NCBI RefSeq assembly: GCF_000143415.4
Contig: NW_003314270.1
Location: 403,691 to 467,690, forward strand
Direction: 5' to 3'
Source of the DNA: Selaginella moellendorffii
Lineage: Eukaryota > Plantae > Lycopodiophyta
Length of the DNA stretch: 64,000 nucleotides
Positions 62,587 to 64,000 of the stretch are shown here, in pieces. The notes under the pieces were generated by a model, which searched no databases, was not told the origin of the DNA, and saw nothing but the letters and a program-made list of their open reading frames with translations. Made by a program: the position numbers and the translations under genes. Each line of letters begins with the position of its first letter. Position 1 is the stretch's first letter.

Positions 62587-63530
62587 ATGTGGTGCTTAAG
62601 TGAAGCTTTTGACCTCATCCTTGGTATGGATTGGTTTCAACACAATCATGCCAAATGTGACTTTGAGGTTTCTCCCCTTTATCTTATACTTCTTTATCTT
62701 TCTTGCAATCCTTTCACTTTTGTTCCACTTTATCCATCTACTTCCTTCACTTTTGTCTCCTCATTACTATTTATTGTGATTCCTTCTTACTCTTCTATTT
62801 CCTCTTTAGATCCCTTAGACAATTTTTTTTGTTGTAGTGGTTAACCAGCTTAAAGAGTATCTTAATATCTTCAACTTTGACATATCATCTGAGGCCATTG
62901 CAATATGTCATTTTCTTTCAATTGAGGATACTTATCTAATCAAGGTGTAAACAACCAAAGAATACGACTCAAAAGACAATCTATAAATGAAAAAAGCCCA
63001 AGAGTTAAGTAGTTTAGTATGTTTTAGCTAGGCTTAACTCAAAGGGTAGGGTGTCAAGTTCAACTTCAAGAGCTTATATTTGGTATTGGAGGGGTCATGG
63101 TCTGACTTTATTGGTTGGCTAGGGGAATCATATTATATATTGAGATTGATATTTGGCGGTTTAGTACGTTTTGGATGTGTTCAACCCAAAGGGTAAAGTG
63201 TTAAAAGAGCAACTAAAAAACTTGCAGGAATGTTTGGTGGATTGTAAGTAACCAAAAATAACAATTTAAGAGATGATCCATATAATTTCAAATATAGAGG
63301 GAAAGAACCCATGAATAAAATTGCACCCTTTTTTCTAATCGATTAAAAATCTTGGGATATTTAGGGTTAATTGTTCTTAGGTTTGAATAGTATTGGGTTA
63401 AGCAACCTCTTAGAAAGTTTAAATTCAAAAATTTACATAAGGTTCTTATTTAGTGTTAATTACCAAAGGAGATTAAAATTTTATGCACAAATGTCAAGAG
63501 TTATCTAAACTTCTTGGAGTCCTTAGGTGT
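62587..63530 (+). pseudogene. Gypsy protease/RT remnant related to 9600-10200
   Basis: AFDLILGMDWFQHNHAKCDFE matches AFNLILGMDWLQHNHANCDFE. Confidence 0.75.
62946..63437 (+). mobile_element. Degenerate Cassandra TRIM
   Basis: Colinear with 11409-11989; flanks CAAGG/TAAGG. Confidence 0.75.
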
Positions 63531-63532
63531 GT

Positions 63533-64000
63533 TATTGCGAATATGATTATAGGTATCGAAAATTAACTATCGGTAAATCCTTTTAAGTATTCCTCTTTTG
63601 CTACCACAATGCAGGAGGTTAGTATTGTTAAACCCTTTATTAGTCTCTACTTAAGTTAGTTGATAAATTGGTCATCATGTATGCACATAGCCTGAAAAGG
63701 TATTAAGGAAGGAAATTCTAAGTTGTCATTTAGTTAAGCATACTTGACATGGTGATAAGAAATTTATATTGTTGACTTACACTTGTTAGTGTTGGGTTTT
63801 GTCATTAATGTGAATGCCTTATCAAATTTTTAGTACCACACATATAAACAAAAATTTAGACCATACAATATTTATACTGTGGGTATCGAAAGTTATTTAT
63901 CGGCTAATCCTTTTAGACATTCTTTCCTTACTGCCATGATAATAGAAAGTTGGTATTGCTAGACTCTTTATTAGTCTCCACCAAGCTAATTGAGGGTTTG
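63533..64000. mobile_element. Two degenerate family B LTR starts
   Basis: GGTATCGAAA...CTGCCAC...GGTATTGCT matches 54561 onward, at about 63533 and 63875. Confidence 0.65.

Overview
Repeat-dense plant genomic DNA. The ~50-nt introns and the TE types suggest a non-seed land plant, but that is inference. Most of the window is nested LTR retroelements: decayed Ty3/Gypsy elements, a very young 7.56-kb non-coding LTR element (family A, several copies), solo LTRs with target-site duplications (TSDs) and three 5S-carrying Cassandra TRIM copies. There is also an RPA70-like pseudogene and one intact host-like gene (N-terminal hydrophobic segment, unknown domain, bulb-type lectin). The standout is a 14.2-kb TIR DNA transposon (39779-53959) inserted in a Gypsy integrase. 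It carries a Sola1-like DDD transposase on the + strand. On the - strand it carries a divergent gene that I reconstructed by hand as one ~1,770-aa, 15-intron frame: ParB-like domain, degenerate amino-methyltransferase-like fold, long charged linker, FCP1/NIF-type HAD phosphatase domain. About 30 copies of a 22-bp palindrome (consensus ATGGCATGAGGCCTCATGCCAT) are spread through the element, many inside 45-54-nt introns, and I saw none outside it. This looks like a ParB/parS-style or VANC-style self-recognition system on a transposon. Both genes have a few premature stops in this copy. Domain calls come from recognising motifs by eye, not from database searches.
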